DNA from: Okamejei kenojei
Taxonomy: Eukaryota
Assembly: GCA_035221665.1 (NCBI GenBank)
Contig: CM069161.1
Location: 5,332,001 to 5,396,000 of the forward strand
Direction: 5' to 3'
Length of the DNA stretch: 64,000 bases
Under the pieces are notes generated by a model. The model did no database searches and was not told the origin of the DNA. It saw nothing but the letters and a program-made list of their open reading frames with translations. Of this stretch, positions 39,333 to 52,834 are shown one piece after another. Numbering within the stretch: position 1 is the first letter of the stretch; every line of letters starts with the position of its first letter. A program made the translations under genes and the position numbers.

Positions 39333-41011
39333 ATAAAAAGACACAAAATGCTGGAGTAAGTCAGCGGGTCAGGCAGCATCTCTGGAGGACGTGGATAAAT
39401 AACGTTTCGGGTACTGTAACTTCACCGAGCCAATATCGTGCAGAGATGTTGCCTGACCCGCTGAGTTACTCCAGCATTTTGTGTCTTTTCTTTTGTAAAC
39501 CGAATCGGCAGTTCCTTGTTTCTCTATCAAAGTATAACACTGTTAATGTACAGTTGGAATGACGCTATTGAATACGGTATATTGAAAGCCATATCGCCTT
39601 TTCCGTACATAGTCAAAGAGATCTTGCGTATATATATTTGAAAGAAGTTTATTTTGGAAAGAAAGAAAAGTCTGGACAGACTGAGAGTAAGCAACGAGGT
39701 TGGGAAAGGAATTGCAACCGGCAGGATAGTTGTTTTATTCATTGCACAGACAGATGAGAACAGGCTTGCAGAAACATACAGAAGGAGTGGCATTGGGTAG
39801 AATGGGTTTGTGCAATGCGATCTGGAGAACAATAGACTGAGAGCAGGCCAAGTGTATGTGGTGGTACACCAGCGCTGTAAACTGCTAAGTGTTTGGTTAT
39901 TTAAATAGTGCTTTGATATTTGTTTTACGGCTTACTATTTATCATGAATATATTATTTCTTTTGATGTGTTATCAAAGTTTCACGGGGACACACAAAATC
40001 CATTAACTCTTCTCTGAGCCACTGATTAGGCACACAACACTATCCAGCCAGCAGGGGAAGAATGCAAGTCGATAAATTCACGTGCAGATGAGAGGCGTTG
40101 ATAGAGGTCCCTCCCTGCGGAGGATTCTGCCTCCGGGGGAAAGCAGGCCGGTTTCTCTGCAAACGGAACAGGTTTCTGAATCGAATAAACAGTGCTCGCC
40201 TTGTCCGTTCACTCGCTGCAACCAGCCCCATTGAAATTAGCAAACGGGGGGGCTGGATTAATGCTGGAATCTGTGCAGTCAGAGTCAATTCTGTACATTT
40301 TTGCTCTCAATCTGTCCTAGCTTCGAGGAAACTCAATGCTTGTGGGATTTGCAAACTGGAATGAATTGGGAATTAGTGCTGTGTAAATATTTGTCCTTAT
40401 TTTGTGACTGGGGTCACTCTCTGAGGCTGGTATATGAACTGAACTGCGAGGAACAACAGTGACTGTTGTGTTGGCAGACAGTGCAGCTAATGTACATGGA
40501 CCAGTGTCCCCAATCAGCAATAAACCAACACCCAGCGTCTCGTGCGCCAGGGTTCTACCTGTCCCCTGATTGTGTGAAGGATGGGCCTGGCTTTATTGGC
40601 GCACATTGTCCATTGTGCTACAGAGTCAAACAGCGTGGCCCAACTTGCCCACACCGACCAACATGTCCCAGCTACACTAGTCCCACCTGCCTGCGTTTGG
40701 CCCATATTCCCTCTAACCCTGTTCTATGCATGTACCTGTCTAACTGTCACCCTAATAGTATCTGCCTCAACTACATCCTCTGCAGCTCATTCCATACACT
40801 AACCACCCTTTGTGTGAAAACGTTACAGCTCAGGTTCGGGTTAAATCTTCTCCCCTACTCTGATTCCCAGGTTGAATCTGGTTCTTCTCCCCTACTCTGG
40901 ACAAGAGACACTGTGCATCTACCCAATCGATTCCTCTCAATATTTTATACACCTCTATAAGATCACCCCTCATCCTCCTACCCCCCCCACCGCCAAGTCC
41001 CAGCCTGCTCA

Positions 41012-41745
41012 ATGTCCCCTTCCCCGGGCACTTTCCCTTGCAACCGCAAGAGATGCTACACTTGTCCCTTCGCCTCCCCCCTCCACTCCTTTCAGGGACC
41101 CAAGCAGTCCTTCCAGGTCCAACAGAGGTTCACCTGCACGTCCTCCAACCTCATCTACTGCATCCGTTGCTCCAGATGCCAGATGATCTATATCGGTGAG
41201 ACCAAGCGAACACCTCCGCTCGGTCCACAATAACCAACCCGACCTCCCGGTGGCTCAGCACTTCAACTCCCCCTCCCATTCCGTATCCGACCTCTCGGTC
41301 CTGGGCCTCCTCCACGGCCAGAGTGAGCAACACCGCAAGTTGGAGGAACAGCACCTCATATTCCGCTTGGGGAGTCTGCATCCTTTGGGCTTGAACATTG
41401 AATTTTCTCAATTCTGTTAACCCTTGCTGTCTCCTCCCCTTCCCACCTCTCCCTCAGCCCTCGGGCCCTGGCATTCCCTCTCTCTTTATCTCTCCCCCCA
41501 CCCTAGTCACACTAGCTTCTCATTTTCACACTACAAACAGCTTACAATGGCTTGTTCCCTTTATCATCGATACTTTTTTACATATCTTTCATTCATTGTT
41601 CTTTATCTCTCCACATCACCGTCTATATCTCTCGTTTCCCTGATCCCTGACCAGTCTGAAGAAGGGTCTCGACCCGAAACGTCGCCTATCTCCTTCGCTC
41701 CTTAGATGCTGCTGCACCCGCTGAGTTTCTCCAGCCTTTTGTGTA
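41012..41745 (+). mobile_element. Penelope-like retroelement 3' part: GIY-YIG endonuclease remnant plus terminal repeat
   Basis: PGTFPCNRKRCYTC...FTCTSSNLIYCIRCSRCQMIYIGETKR / HLRSV...PVAQHFNSPSH...LEEQHLIFRLGSLHPLGLN (frameshifted), followed by the repeat carrying the hammerhead-like core. Confidence 0.9.
41656..41683 (+). ncRNA. Minimal hammerhead-ribozyme-like core in the Penelope terminal repeat
   Basis: CTGAAGA-A-GGGT(CTCG)ACCC-GAAAC-GTC. Conserved boxes, helix II and a GUC triplet are present; helix III is a palindromic ACGT; helix I is short. Confidence 0.6.
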
Positions 41746-42074
41746 ACCCTGCTCAAACTCTTCCTGTTGCTCAGACCCGCAAGTCCTGACAACATCCTCG
41801 TCAATCTTCTCTGCACCCTTGCCAGCTTGACAACGTCTTTCCTCTAACATGGTGCCCAGAACTGAACACATGCTAAATGTGGCCTCACCAACGTCTTGTA
41901 TACTAACTGCAACATGACCTCCCAATTTCTATACTGATGTGGGTTCACAAAATGCTGGAGAAACTCAGCGGCTGCAGCAGCATCTATGGCGCGAAGGAAT
42001 TAGGCAACGTTTCGGGCCGAAACCCTACTCATGTGTTGGACCTGTCCTTCATCTGAAAGTTTCTGCAGAAGAGG

Positions 42075-42520
42075 CAGGACTTGAGGAACTGAGCTATAGG
42101 GAGAAATTGTGCAGGCTAGGGCTTTATCCATTGGAGCACAAGAGGATGAGGGAGGTCTTATAGAGGTGTATGAAGTCATGAGGGAGATAGATAGAGCAGA
42201 TGCACAGAATATTTTACCCAGAGTAGAGGAAGGAAGAACCAAAGGATATAGGTCTAAGGTAGGGGGGGAACGATTGAAAAAGATTCTGGGGGAGAAACGT
42301 TTTGAAATGGAGAGTGCGGGGTATATAGAATGAGCTGCCAGAGGAGGTGGTTGTGGCAATTCTTACGACAACATTTAAAAGACATTTGGACAGGTACATG
42401 GCCAGGAAAGGTGTGGAGGGGTGTGGTTCAAAAGCATGCAGGTGAGGCTAGTATAGATGGGATGAATTGGTCCAAAAATTGGGCTGAAGGGCTTGTTTCC
42501 GTTCTGCATGACTCTATGAC
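42075..42520 (+). mobile_element. CR1 LINE 3' fragment
   Basis: GLEELSYREKLCRLGLYPLEHKRMR / LIEVYEVMREIDRADAQNILPRV. Confidence 0.8.
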
Positions 42521-43079
42521 CTTTGACCGCAAGCCCTTCAGGGAGAGGTCAGCACAGAATGTGCCGGAAGCCATGTGGATTAAGGGGTGGTGGATTTGGA
42601 TGGTGGGGGGGGGGGGGGTGATGGATGAATGCAAAGTAACTTAAAGGCAACACGGTGGCGCAGCGCCAGAGACCCGGGTTTGATCATGACCACGGGTGCT
42701 GACTGTACGGAGTTTGCACGCTCTCCCCGTGACCTGCGTGGGTTTTCACTGGGAAGGTCTGGTTTCCCCCCCACACTCCAAAGACGTACAGGTTTGTGGG
42801 CTACTTGGCTTGGTAAAAATTGTAAATTGTCCGTAGTGTATGTGGTCTAGTGTCAGTGTGCGGGGATCGCTGGTTTCTGCGGACTCGGTGGGCGGGTCAG
42901 TGCAGACTCAGTTCCCAGAGACACAGGAAGAGACAAACAGCCTTTGTTGCTGACAGATCATCAACTCCAGGAAAGACTCACTTTGATATGCCCGGAACTT
43001 GCAGGCATCCCCAGTGTGTAAACAAAATATCCCCAGGCAAATGGCAATCCAGGGTGAAATTTCCAGAGAAAATATTCCG

Positions 43080-43682
43080 GGGCGGCACAGAGGCACAGCG
43101 CCAGTGACCCGGGTTCGATCCTGACCATGGGTGCTGTCTGTATGGGGTTTGTACGTTCTCCCTGTGACCGTGTGGGTTTTCTCCGGGTGCTCAGGTTTCC
43201 TCCCGCATTGCAAAGGCATGCAGGTCGTCAGTCATAGAGTGATACAGTGTGGAAACAAGCCCCTCGGGCCCAGCTGGCCCACACCGGCCAACAATGTCCC
43301 AGCCACCGTCGGCCCACTTGCCTGTGCATGGTCCATAACCCACCAAACCTGTCCTATCCATGTACCTGTCCAACTGTTTCTTAAACGATGGGATAGTCCC
43401 AGCCTCAACTACCTCCTCTGGCAGCTCGTTCCATCCATCCACCGTCCTCTGTGTGAAAAAGTTATTCCTCGGATTCCTATCAAATCTTTTCCCCTTCACC
43501 TTGAACCTATATCCCCTGGTCCTCGAATTAATTAGTTTTCTTTGGTTATTGATCAGTTGTCTTTGGTAAAATTGTAAAATGTTTCCCTGGTGTGTGGGAT
43601 AATGCCAGTGTACGGGGATCACTGGGTGGCATGGTTTAGATGGGCCGAAGGGCTTGCCTGCAAGCTGCACCTCTAAAGTCTA
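43080..43682 (+). mobile_element. HE1-like SINE interrupted by an antisense CR1 fragment (~43228-43525)
   Basis: SINE head and B box at 43080-43125; CR1 RTRGYRFKVKGKRFDRNPRNNFFTQR on minus; SINE tail resumes at ~43550. Confidence 0.8.
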
Positions 43683-43967
43683 ATTCTGAATATGCTGGGG
43701 GTGTGCACTGTACTGGATGCAGCTACAAAGGTTTGGTGAGAAAGGACCCAGTTCAAGGCCCTCTCACCGCATGCTACTGGGTTCTGTCCGAGGGACTCTC
43801 AGACTTACCCTGATGAAGTGTTCGAGGAGGAAAACCTGTTGCAACATTTACCTAATGTCAATATCCTGAGGGAATATGATCTGTCTGAAGAAGGGTCTCG
43901 ACCCGAAACGTCGCCTAATTTCTTCGCTCCATAGATGCTGCCTCACCCGCTGTTCCTCCAGCATTTT

Positions 43968-44590
43968 AGAAACAGAGAAACAGAGAAAATAGGTGCAGGA
44001 GGAGGCCATTCAGCCCTTCAAGCCAGCACCGCCATTCATTGTGATCATGGCTGATCGCCCCCTATCAATAACCCGTGCCTGCCTTCTCCCCATATCCCTT
44101 GACTCCACTAGCCCCTAGAGCTCTATCCAACTCTCTCTTAAATCCATCCAGTGATTTGGCCTCCACTGCCCTCTGTGGCAGGGAATTCCATAAATTCACA
44201 ACTCTCTGGGTAAAAAAGTTTTTTCTCAGCTCAGTCTTAAATGACCTCCCCTTTATTCTAAGACTGTGGCCCCTGGTTCTGGACTCACCCAACATTGGGA
44301 ACATTTTTCCTGCATCTAGCTTGTCCAGTCCTTTTATAATTTTATATGTTTCTATAAGATCCCCCTCATCCTTCTAAACTCCAGTGAATACAAGCCTAGT
44401 CTTTTCAATCTTTCCTCATATGACAGTCCCGCCATCCCAGGGATCAATCTCGTGAACCTACGCTGCACTGCCTCAATCACAAGGATGTCCTTCCTCAAAT
44501 TAGGAGACCAAAACTGTACACAATACTCCAGATGTGGTCTCACCAGAGCCCTATACAACTGCAGAAGAACCTCTTTACTCCTGTACTGAA
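43968..44590 (-). mobile_element. Longest well-preserved CR1/HER1 LINE 3' fragment
   Basis: [35 protein letters not shown]...RRMRG and MFPMLGESRTRGHSLRIKGRSFKTELRKNFFTQRVVNLWNSLP...GY, with intact 3' UTR. Confidence 0.92.
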
Positions 44591-45399
44591 ACCATCTACC
44601 AACCTGCATGACTTTGGGATGTGGGATAGAACTGGAGCCCCTGTAGGAAGCTCAGGTGGCTACCGGGAAAACATTCAACACTTGAGGTCAGGATTGAACC
44701 TGGGTCTTGTGTACACAAAAGTGCTGGAGAAACTCAGCGGGTGCAGCAGCATCTATGGAGCGAAGGAAATGGGCAACATTTCGGGCCGAAACCCTTCTTC
44801 AGACTGAGATGCTGCCTGTCCCGTTGAGTTACTCCGGCATTTTGTGTCTATGTGCATTAAAGTGGTGCTGGCCAAGGGGAGGGTGAGGGTCCCCCGTCCG
44901 GTCGCCTCTCGTTCACAACAGACCCCCCAGTTGATGAGAAGATTGCAGATTAAAATATTGTGACAGGATTTCCAGACCTCCGGTTCTCCCAGACTGTTTA
45001 CAGGCAATTACGCCGCAGTGTGGAAAAGCTGCGGCCAGTGTATCGGTCTCCCCACTAGTCAGCGCCCCCAGCTATGACCTCTGTTATCCACTGTTAATCC
45101 TCCAAACTCTCCCAATTCACTAGTTGAAACTAAAACCCGCCGCTTCCTTCCCTTAAGCCAATTCCTCATTCATCCCCTTCAATCTCTGTCTTTTGAAACT
45201 GTCCAAAGCTTCTGAAAGTGTCGGGTTTATTCACGCACAGAATGAAACACCTGCCTGGGGTTGGCAGCATCCCAGCCCCCAGCTGCACCATTAGCGATGC
45301 TCCCCCCCCTCCTCCCCTCTCATCCCCCCCCCCCCCCTTTGGAAGCCACACACAGGTATGTAGGTGACACCATCAAGTCACCCGGTCCACCAACCGTAC

Positions 45400-45792
45400 T
45401 ATTTAGTTTAGAAAGACAGAGCGGAAACAGGCCCTACGGTCGATCGAGTCCGCTCCGACCAGCANNNNNNNNNNNNNNNNNNNNNNNNNNNNNNNNNNNN
45501 NNNNNNNNNNNNNNNNNNNNNNNNNNNNNNNNNNNNNNNNNNNNNNNNNNNNNNNNNNNNNNNNNNNNNNNNNNNNNNNNNNNNNNNNNNNNNNATACCA
45601 AGTCAATCAACCTACAAACCTGTACGTCTTTGGAGAGTGGGAGGAAACCGAAGATCGCTGAGGGAAACCCACACAGTCACGGGGAGAAGCGTACAAACTC
45701 TGTACAGACAGCACCCGTAGCCAGGATCGAACCCAGGTCTCGGGCTCTGTAAGCGCTGTAAGGTGGCAACTCCACCGCTGCGCCACCGTGTC
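45400..45792 (-). mobile_element. HE1-like SINE spanning N gap 45465-45594
   Basis: Tail left of the gap, head (CCGCTGCGCCACCGTG) right of it. Confidence 0.78.
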
Positions 45793-45868
45793 GCACACTG
45801 GCGTATTATTGTAACGTGTACTGAGATACAGTGAGAATCTTCCTTTGTGTGCTATCCGGTCAAATCCC

Positions 45869-46130
45869 AGTTGCTGCCTCACAGCGCCAGAGACCCGAGT
45901 TCGATCCTGAGCACGGGCGCTGTCTGTACGGAGTTTGTACGTGCTACCTGTGACCGCGTGGGTTTTCTCCGGGTGCTCCGGTTTCCCCCCCACATCCCAA
46001 AGGCATGTGGTTTTGTAGGTTAAATGGCTCGTGCAAAATGTTCCCAAGTGTACAGGATAGCATTAGTGTACAGGGTGATCGCTGGTCAGCACGGCCTCGA
46101 TGGGCTGAAGGGCCTGTATCTCCAAAGTCT
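45869..46130 (+). mobile_element. HE1-like SINE
   Basis: B box GTTCGATCC, core and tail. Confidence 0.8.
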
Positions 46131-46849
46131 AAGGCCCTGCTGCTCTTGCAGAGGTGGCAGAGACCAGGGCTTTAGAATGGTGCTGTCAGTGACGCAGGGG
46201 AAATACAATATTTTCCGACAGTTGTCCCTTTGGCAAAACTCTCTTCGTTTCATTCTGAAGAAGGTATTTAGGCATAAAATGTGCACTGTCGCATTATTCT
46301 CAAATAGACCAGATAACATACACGCAAGCACCCTTAAGGCTGGTATCTACAGCATGGGGCAGGGTGCAGGAGACAGGGTGGCAGTGGCTCGGCAGCGGGT
46401 AACCTTTACAAGCAGAAGATGGCTGGTCTCACAGAGGACCAATTATAATTCCTTGTGGTGGAAATGACAAGAAGCCAGTCCAAAACCTTTTGAACAGGCA
46501 CTCAGTGTCAAAACCACTCGAGCATACTTACCATGGTATTTACTCCACTGGCACCAATGAGCATAGACCAGTACACTACACTACAGTACTGGCCCTTCAG
46601 CCCACAACTGCCACGCCAAACAGGACGCCAAGTTAAACTGTGTGAGAAAGAACTGCAGATGCTGGTAAAATCGAAGGTGGACACAAACTGCTGGAGTAAC
46701 TCAGCGGGTGAGGCAGCATCTCTGGAGAGAAGGAATGAGGGACGCTTCGGGTCGAGACCCTTCTTCAGAGTTAAACTAATCTCCTCTGGCCGCTGCACAA
46801 GTTTCAGATCCCTCCAATCCCTGCACATCCATTTGCCTATCCATATAAG

Positions 46850-47683
46850 CACGGAAACAGGCCCTCTTTCCAGTCCGTGCCGACCATTTGTTTTCCAGTC
46901 CCATCTACCTGCACTCAGACCATATCCCTCCATTCCCTTCACGTCCATATACCTATCCACTTTACTCTTAAATGTTAAAATCGATCCTGCCTCCACCACT
47001 TCTGCTGGAAGCTGATTCCACACAGCCACCACCCTCTGAGTAAAGAAGTTCCCCCTCACGAATTCTCATGTCCTCCCTACCCTCAATGCCACGTCAACTC
47101 TGTCTATCCCGACCTCTCAAGTCCCCCCTTAACCTTCTGCGCTCCAAAGAATAAAGACCTAACTTGTTCAAACCTTTCTCTGTAACTAGTTGCTGGAACC
47201 CTGGCACATTCTAGTAAATCTCCTGTACTCTCTCTAACATCCTTCCTATAACTAGGCGACCAAATTGTACACCATACTCCAGAATCTTACCAATGCCTTG
47301 TACAATTTTAACATTACTTCCCTACTCTATATTCAATGCCCAGCTAGCATTTCCTTTCCCTACCGTTTACCATGTACGACCTGATTTGTCCTGGCAAGAT
47401 GTAGCACTTCACACTTATCAGCATTTCCATCTGCCATCATTGTCCTACTTCATTATCCACAACAACCACCTATCTCATCTGCCAGTGGACCCAACACAGA
47501 TCCCTGAGACCCCACTTCACCGGACAGACAACCAACCTTCCATGAACCTTGTCAAAGGCCTTACTGAAATCCATATAGATCAAAAAATTCAAGAAGGTTT
47601 GTCAAACAACATCAGACCCTGTTTATCCAGATGCTGTATCCTTTCCATTAAATTTGCCCACCACTGACGTCAAACTAATAGGG
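46850..47683 (-). mobile_element. Internally condensed CR1 derivative
   Basis: RT motifs PISLTSVVGK, YMDFSKAFDKV, SQGSVLGP and LEYGVQF in correct order with most spacers deleted. Well-preserved 3' end (RGNFFTQRVVAVWNQLPAEVVEAG). Confidence 0.78.
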
Positions 47684-49666
47684 CTAGGTCCAAAAGCCTC
47701 TTAAATGCAGTATCGTATCTGCCTCTACCACCACCCCTGGCAGTGCGTTCCAGGCACCCACTGAAAGATCTTCTCTTTAAACACTGCCCCTCTCGTCTTA
47801 AAACTGTGTTCATGGTGGAGTAACTCAGTGGGTCAGGCAGCATCACTGGAGAAAATGAATAGGTGACATTTTGGGTAGGAAATCTTCGTCAGACTCAACC
47901 AAGTCTGCAGAAGGGTTGCGTGCCAAAACTTCACCTTCTCCAGAGATGCTGCCTGACCCGTTGAGTTACTCCAGCATTTTGTGTCTATCTTCGGTGTAAA
48001 CCAGCATCTGCAGTTCCTTCCTACACATTCAGATTGTCTACCCTACCCATGTCTCTCATGGTATTATTTACTTGCATCAGGCCTCCCCTCAACGTCCAAC
48101 ACATCGATCAGCTTTGAATTGTGCGTAAGCCCAGTACGCCCTACGCTGTGCCATCGCGTTTCACCCACCCGCTCCACCGCTGACAACAGACTGACCATTA
48201 ATGAGCAGTGGTCTTCTTCGAAGAGTCAACATGTATTGGTATAACTGAGTAAAAGTTGGACCTGGGCCACATGTTCTGAGGAAGAGCCGAGTGGTGGCTT
48301 CATGTTTTACTCCTCGTTGGAAATGTGGCTCCATTGACATCAGTGCAACTGAACGGTGGAAAGGGAGAACAACACACACATAGAAACATAGAAAATAGGT
48401 GCAGGAGTAGGCCATTTGGCCCTTCGAGCCAGCACCGCCATTCGATATGATCGTGGCTGACCCAAAGTCAGTACTCCGTTCCTGCTTACTCCCCATATCC
48501 CTTGATTCCATTAGCCCCAAGAGCTAAATGTAACTCCCTCTTGAATACATCCAGTGAATTGGCCTCCACTGCCTTCTGTGGCAGAGAATTCACGCAGACC
48601 TCTTGACAGACCTTCGGGTTGAAAACTCAGATCGCAGTCCGAACCACTCTCACCTATTGTCAAGAGCAGAATATAGCACAAGGGCATTGTAAAATCTCTT
48701 TTGTGTTATTGAAAAAGTCATTCGGGGTTCCGTCCAGTTAACTTATCATTCTTTCATGTAAGCTGTCAAAGGCTCCATTTTGCTGTTTTCTGCCCTTTTT
48801 CCTGTTCCCATGGAAACGGATGCTAATGTAATTTAACACAGGACTCTCCCCACAACCAATTAGTGGTTAGGATTTTTCTTTGCGAAGGAGTTTACCTTTT
48901 AGCAGGCAAATCCTTTTATAAAACTGAATCTGCAATGCCTCCGCGAGGTGGCTGCTCGCTGTTCCAACATGCCGGCAAATTGGCAGGTACGTTGCCTCGA
49001 GTGATTTCCTGGGCACCTTGTGTCGACCGGCCAGCCCGAGAGCAACGATGCGGAGGCTTGGGGAAAGGTCATTGACCTTTCAAGGCACATGGGTCTAGCT
49101 TGCAGCAGGAGGCATTGAAAGAAAAGGAAGGGGACTTCTGAAACCAGGGAGAAGATGAAAAGCAAGGGGTTTTGAAGTGAAAACAGAAACTGCTCAAAGC
49201 ACGAAAAAATGGAAAAACGTGGATCAAAGTAGGCCATTCGGCCCTTCTTCACCCTTCATTATGCTCATAACCATTGTGGTTATGGGGAGAATGGGGTTGA
49301 GTGGGAAAGATTGATCAGCCATGTCTGAATGGCAGGTATGGACTCAATGGGCTGAATGGCCTAATTCTGTTCCTATGACTAATCAACTGCTTCAGTATCT
49401 TGCCTTGCCCCCATATCTCTGACCCTTTCAACATTACATATAGGTGGATACATCTCTATCTATCCCACGTTGACCACGTGTAACGGACTGCCCCCACTAC
49501 CTCGTGTGGTAGATAATTCCACAGGTTTGCCGTCCTGTGTGTGAAGAAATGTCTCTCAGTTGCAAATGGCATTCCCCCAGACCCTGAGGCTGTGACCTCT
49601 GATGATGAACCCTCAGGTCATTAGGGTCACCCTCCCCACACCTGTTCCTCTTGTTCGTCTTTTGAG

Positions 49667-49950
49667 AGGCACAGCATGGAAACAGGCCCTTCAGCCCATT
49701 GAGTCCACACCAATCACCAGTTCATGTGACTTCTGCGTCACCCCACTTTCTCCTACACGCTCGAAGCACTTTGCAGAAGGCCAATTAACCTACAAACAAA
49801 TGCGGGAGAAAACCGGACCACGCGGAAGAAACCCTCGCGGTCACAGGGAGAACCCGCAAACTCCACACAGACAGCACCTGAGGTCAGGATCGAACCCGGG
49901 ACTCTGGCGTTGTGAGGCAGCAGCTCTACCCACCGTGCCACTGTGGTGCC
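49667..49950 (-). mobile_element. HE1-like SINE
   Basis: Reverse copy with B box. Confidence 0.75.
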
Positions 49951-51069
49951 CTTTTATAGAACTCTATGAGGATGTAGGCAGTGGCGTGGTAATGTTGTGT
50001 TTATAATCCAGAACACCATAGGACCACATTCTGGGGATTCATTCAGATCCCACCACAACAACAGCACAAGTTAAGTTAATTACATCATGACAGACACAAA
50101 ATGTTGCGGTAACTCACCGGGTCAGGCAGCATCCCTGGAAAATAGGAATAGATGACATTTTGGGTCGAGATCCTTCCTCAGACTGGCTGAAGAAGGGTCT
50201 CGACACAAAACGTCACCTCTTCCTTTTCTCCAGAGATACAGCCTGTCCCGCTGAGTTGCACCAGCATTTTGTGTCTAACTTCGGTATAAACCAGCATCTG
50301 CAGTTCCTTCCTATGTACTTAATTACATAAACCTGGACTTAATGATCCAGAAGGGACAGTGGTCGTGAAACTAGTTGAGTGCCTTACATATCCTGGTTCA
50401 TCAATGTCCTTATCTAATTATACTCGTGACTCCAGCCCAGGGCAGTGATTGAACAAGTCGCTCGATGCAAGGACATCAGGGATTGGTATCAAATCCAGGC
50501 CATGCCCACATTCTGCAAAAAAAAAAGAATAATAAATTAGCTTTCTCCAGAAGTGACGAGGAAATGTTTAGTGAGTCAGAGAAAGATCAGCATTGCCCCA
50601 AGACGATCTGTTTGATGTGCCATTATGCTATTTTCAGTTCTAATTTATTGGGTGTCCAGACTAATCTGGATGGTGTAACATGTTGTATTTGTGCCAGATA
50701 TTGATTCAAATTCAAGAGTTGGAACACAATGTCCCATGAATTAATCCCTCTGAATAACAAAGCTGCAAGAAGGTTGGATCTGGAATGTGCCAAATTGACT
50801 TTGTTGCAAGTGTGATACATGAACCCAGCATGTGAAATAGATTGAATTGTATCAAGATCTAGTGGTTTTGCCGTTTCGTTTCGGTGCATAAAGTTACAAG
50901 GCCAAATGATTCCCAGTTGGATTAGGCCTCTTGACATTTGATGCCCCTGAACAATTACAGAGTTAACAATGGTATTTAGCATCTTGGGTTTCAAAAGTGC
51001 CTCTTTCTCTCGGCTATGAATTTAACGCTCAACAGTCCTTTCTTTTTAGCGGTTTCTCTCTTGAATAAA

Positions 51070-51315
51070 GCATCACGGCTTGGTTTGGGAACAGCTCTGC
51101 CGAGCTCTGTAAGAAATCGCAGAGAGTTGTGGACATAACCCCGTCCACCACACAAAGCAGACTCCCCACCAGTGACTCCGTCTACACTTCACGCTGCCTC
51201 GGGAGAGCAGCCAACTTAATGAAAGACACTCCCCACCCTTCCTTTCCTCAGCACTCCACATAGAGCAGAAGATCCTTGAAAGCTTGCGCCACCAGACTCA
51301 GAAACAGCTTCTTCC
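51070..51315 (+). mobile_element. Rex1/Babar-like fragment
   Basis: ITAWFGNSSA...VYTSRCLGRAANLMKD...TTRLRNSFF remnant. Confidence 0.65.
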
Positions 51316-52369
51316 GAAGATAGACACAAAAAGCCGGAGTAACTCAGCGGGTCAGGCAGCATCTCTGCAGGAAAGGAATGGGCGACGTTTCGGGTCGAGA
51401 CCCTTCGTCACACTGAGAGTCAGGGGAAAGGGAAATGAGCGATGTAGACGGTGATATTGAGAGATACAGAACAAATGAATGAAACACATGCAAGAAAAGT
51501 AACGATGATAAAGGAAACCGGCCATTGTTAGCTATGGGCTAGGTGAAAACCAGTTACAGACAATGAGACTCACCAGGATGACATTGAAACTAGTACATCG
51601 ACTAGACAGAGAGAGAGGGGATGCAAGGATTACTTGGTTAGAGAAATCAATATCATACCATTGGGTTGTAAGCTGCCCAAGCGAAATATGAGATGCTGTT
51701 CTGCAGTACTGCAGACAATACTTTCGTTCTTTGCGATATTCAGTCGGAGAAAGTTTCAGCTCATCCAATATTGGATACTGAAAAGTGAGAGAGTGAAGAC
51801 ACCATGGGAGGGGGGTGCGAGATCAAGATGGCGTCATTGATCGGCATGGAAACTGATATAGTGTTACCTTTGCCACCGGAACCTTGCGGATAAGGTAGTA
51901 AACCTATTTGATATTGGTCCCAGCAACAAGAAAAAAATGTTTATATGCCCATCCTTTCCAAGAATTAAGCATTTAATCACGGTTTCAATGTAAATAACAT
52001 GTTCACCTGTTATGCTTAACATGAAGCTGCTTATAGTTTTTAATGGTCTTCCATCCGTATTAATTATCCTTTAGCTTTCTGTAAGGTTCACAAGTGCAAC
52101 TTTTCAACTTTGAGCCATTTACAAGTCATTGAAAAGTGCCATTAACTCAGAATTGTCTTTGGTGCAAAGCTAGCACTTGACTAAAGCATTACGAGTCGAT
52201 GGCCTATTAACGACACAGAATGGCAGTTGAACACCCTGGTAAATCGTTTAACATGATGACACATTTCACACATTTGAAAAAATCTCTGTTGACAGCAACA
52301 CAACCCACAAATGGACATCTTGTATTTCTAAAAGGATGCTGCTGGAAAGAGTAAATGTGAAATGGTCTT

Positions 52370-52834
52370 NNNNNNNNNNNNNNNNNNNNNNNNNNNNNNN
52401 NNNNNNNNNNNNNNNNNNNNNNNNNNNNNNNNNNNNNNNNNNNNNNNNNNNNNNNNNNNNNNNNNNNNNNNNNNNNNNNNNNNNNNNNNNNNNNNNNNNN
52501 NNNNNNNNNNNNNNNNNNNNNNNNNNNNNNNNNNNNNNNNNNNNNNNNNNNNNNNNNNNNNNNNNNNNNNNNNNNNNNNNNNNNNNNNNNNNNNNNNNNN
52601 NNNNNNNNNNNNNNNNNNNNNNNNNNNNNNNNNNNNNNNNNNNNNNNNNNNNNNNNNNNNNNNNNNNNNNNNNNNNNNNNNNNNNNNNNNNNNNNNNNNN
52701 NNNNNNNNNNNNNNNNNNNNNNNNNNNNNNNNNNNNNNNNNNNNNNNNNNNNNNNNNNNNNNNNNNNNNNNNNNNNNNNNNNNNNNNNNNNNNNNNNNNN
52801 NNNNNNNNNNNNNNNNNNNNNNNNNNNNNNNNNN
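52370..52834. other. Assembly gap (N run)
   Basis: Run of N. Confidence 1.
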
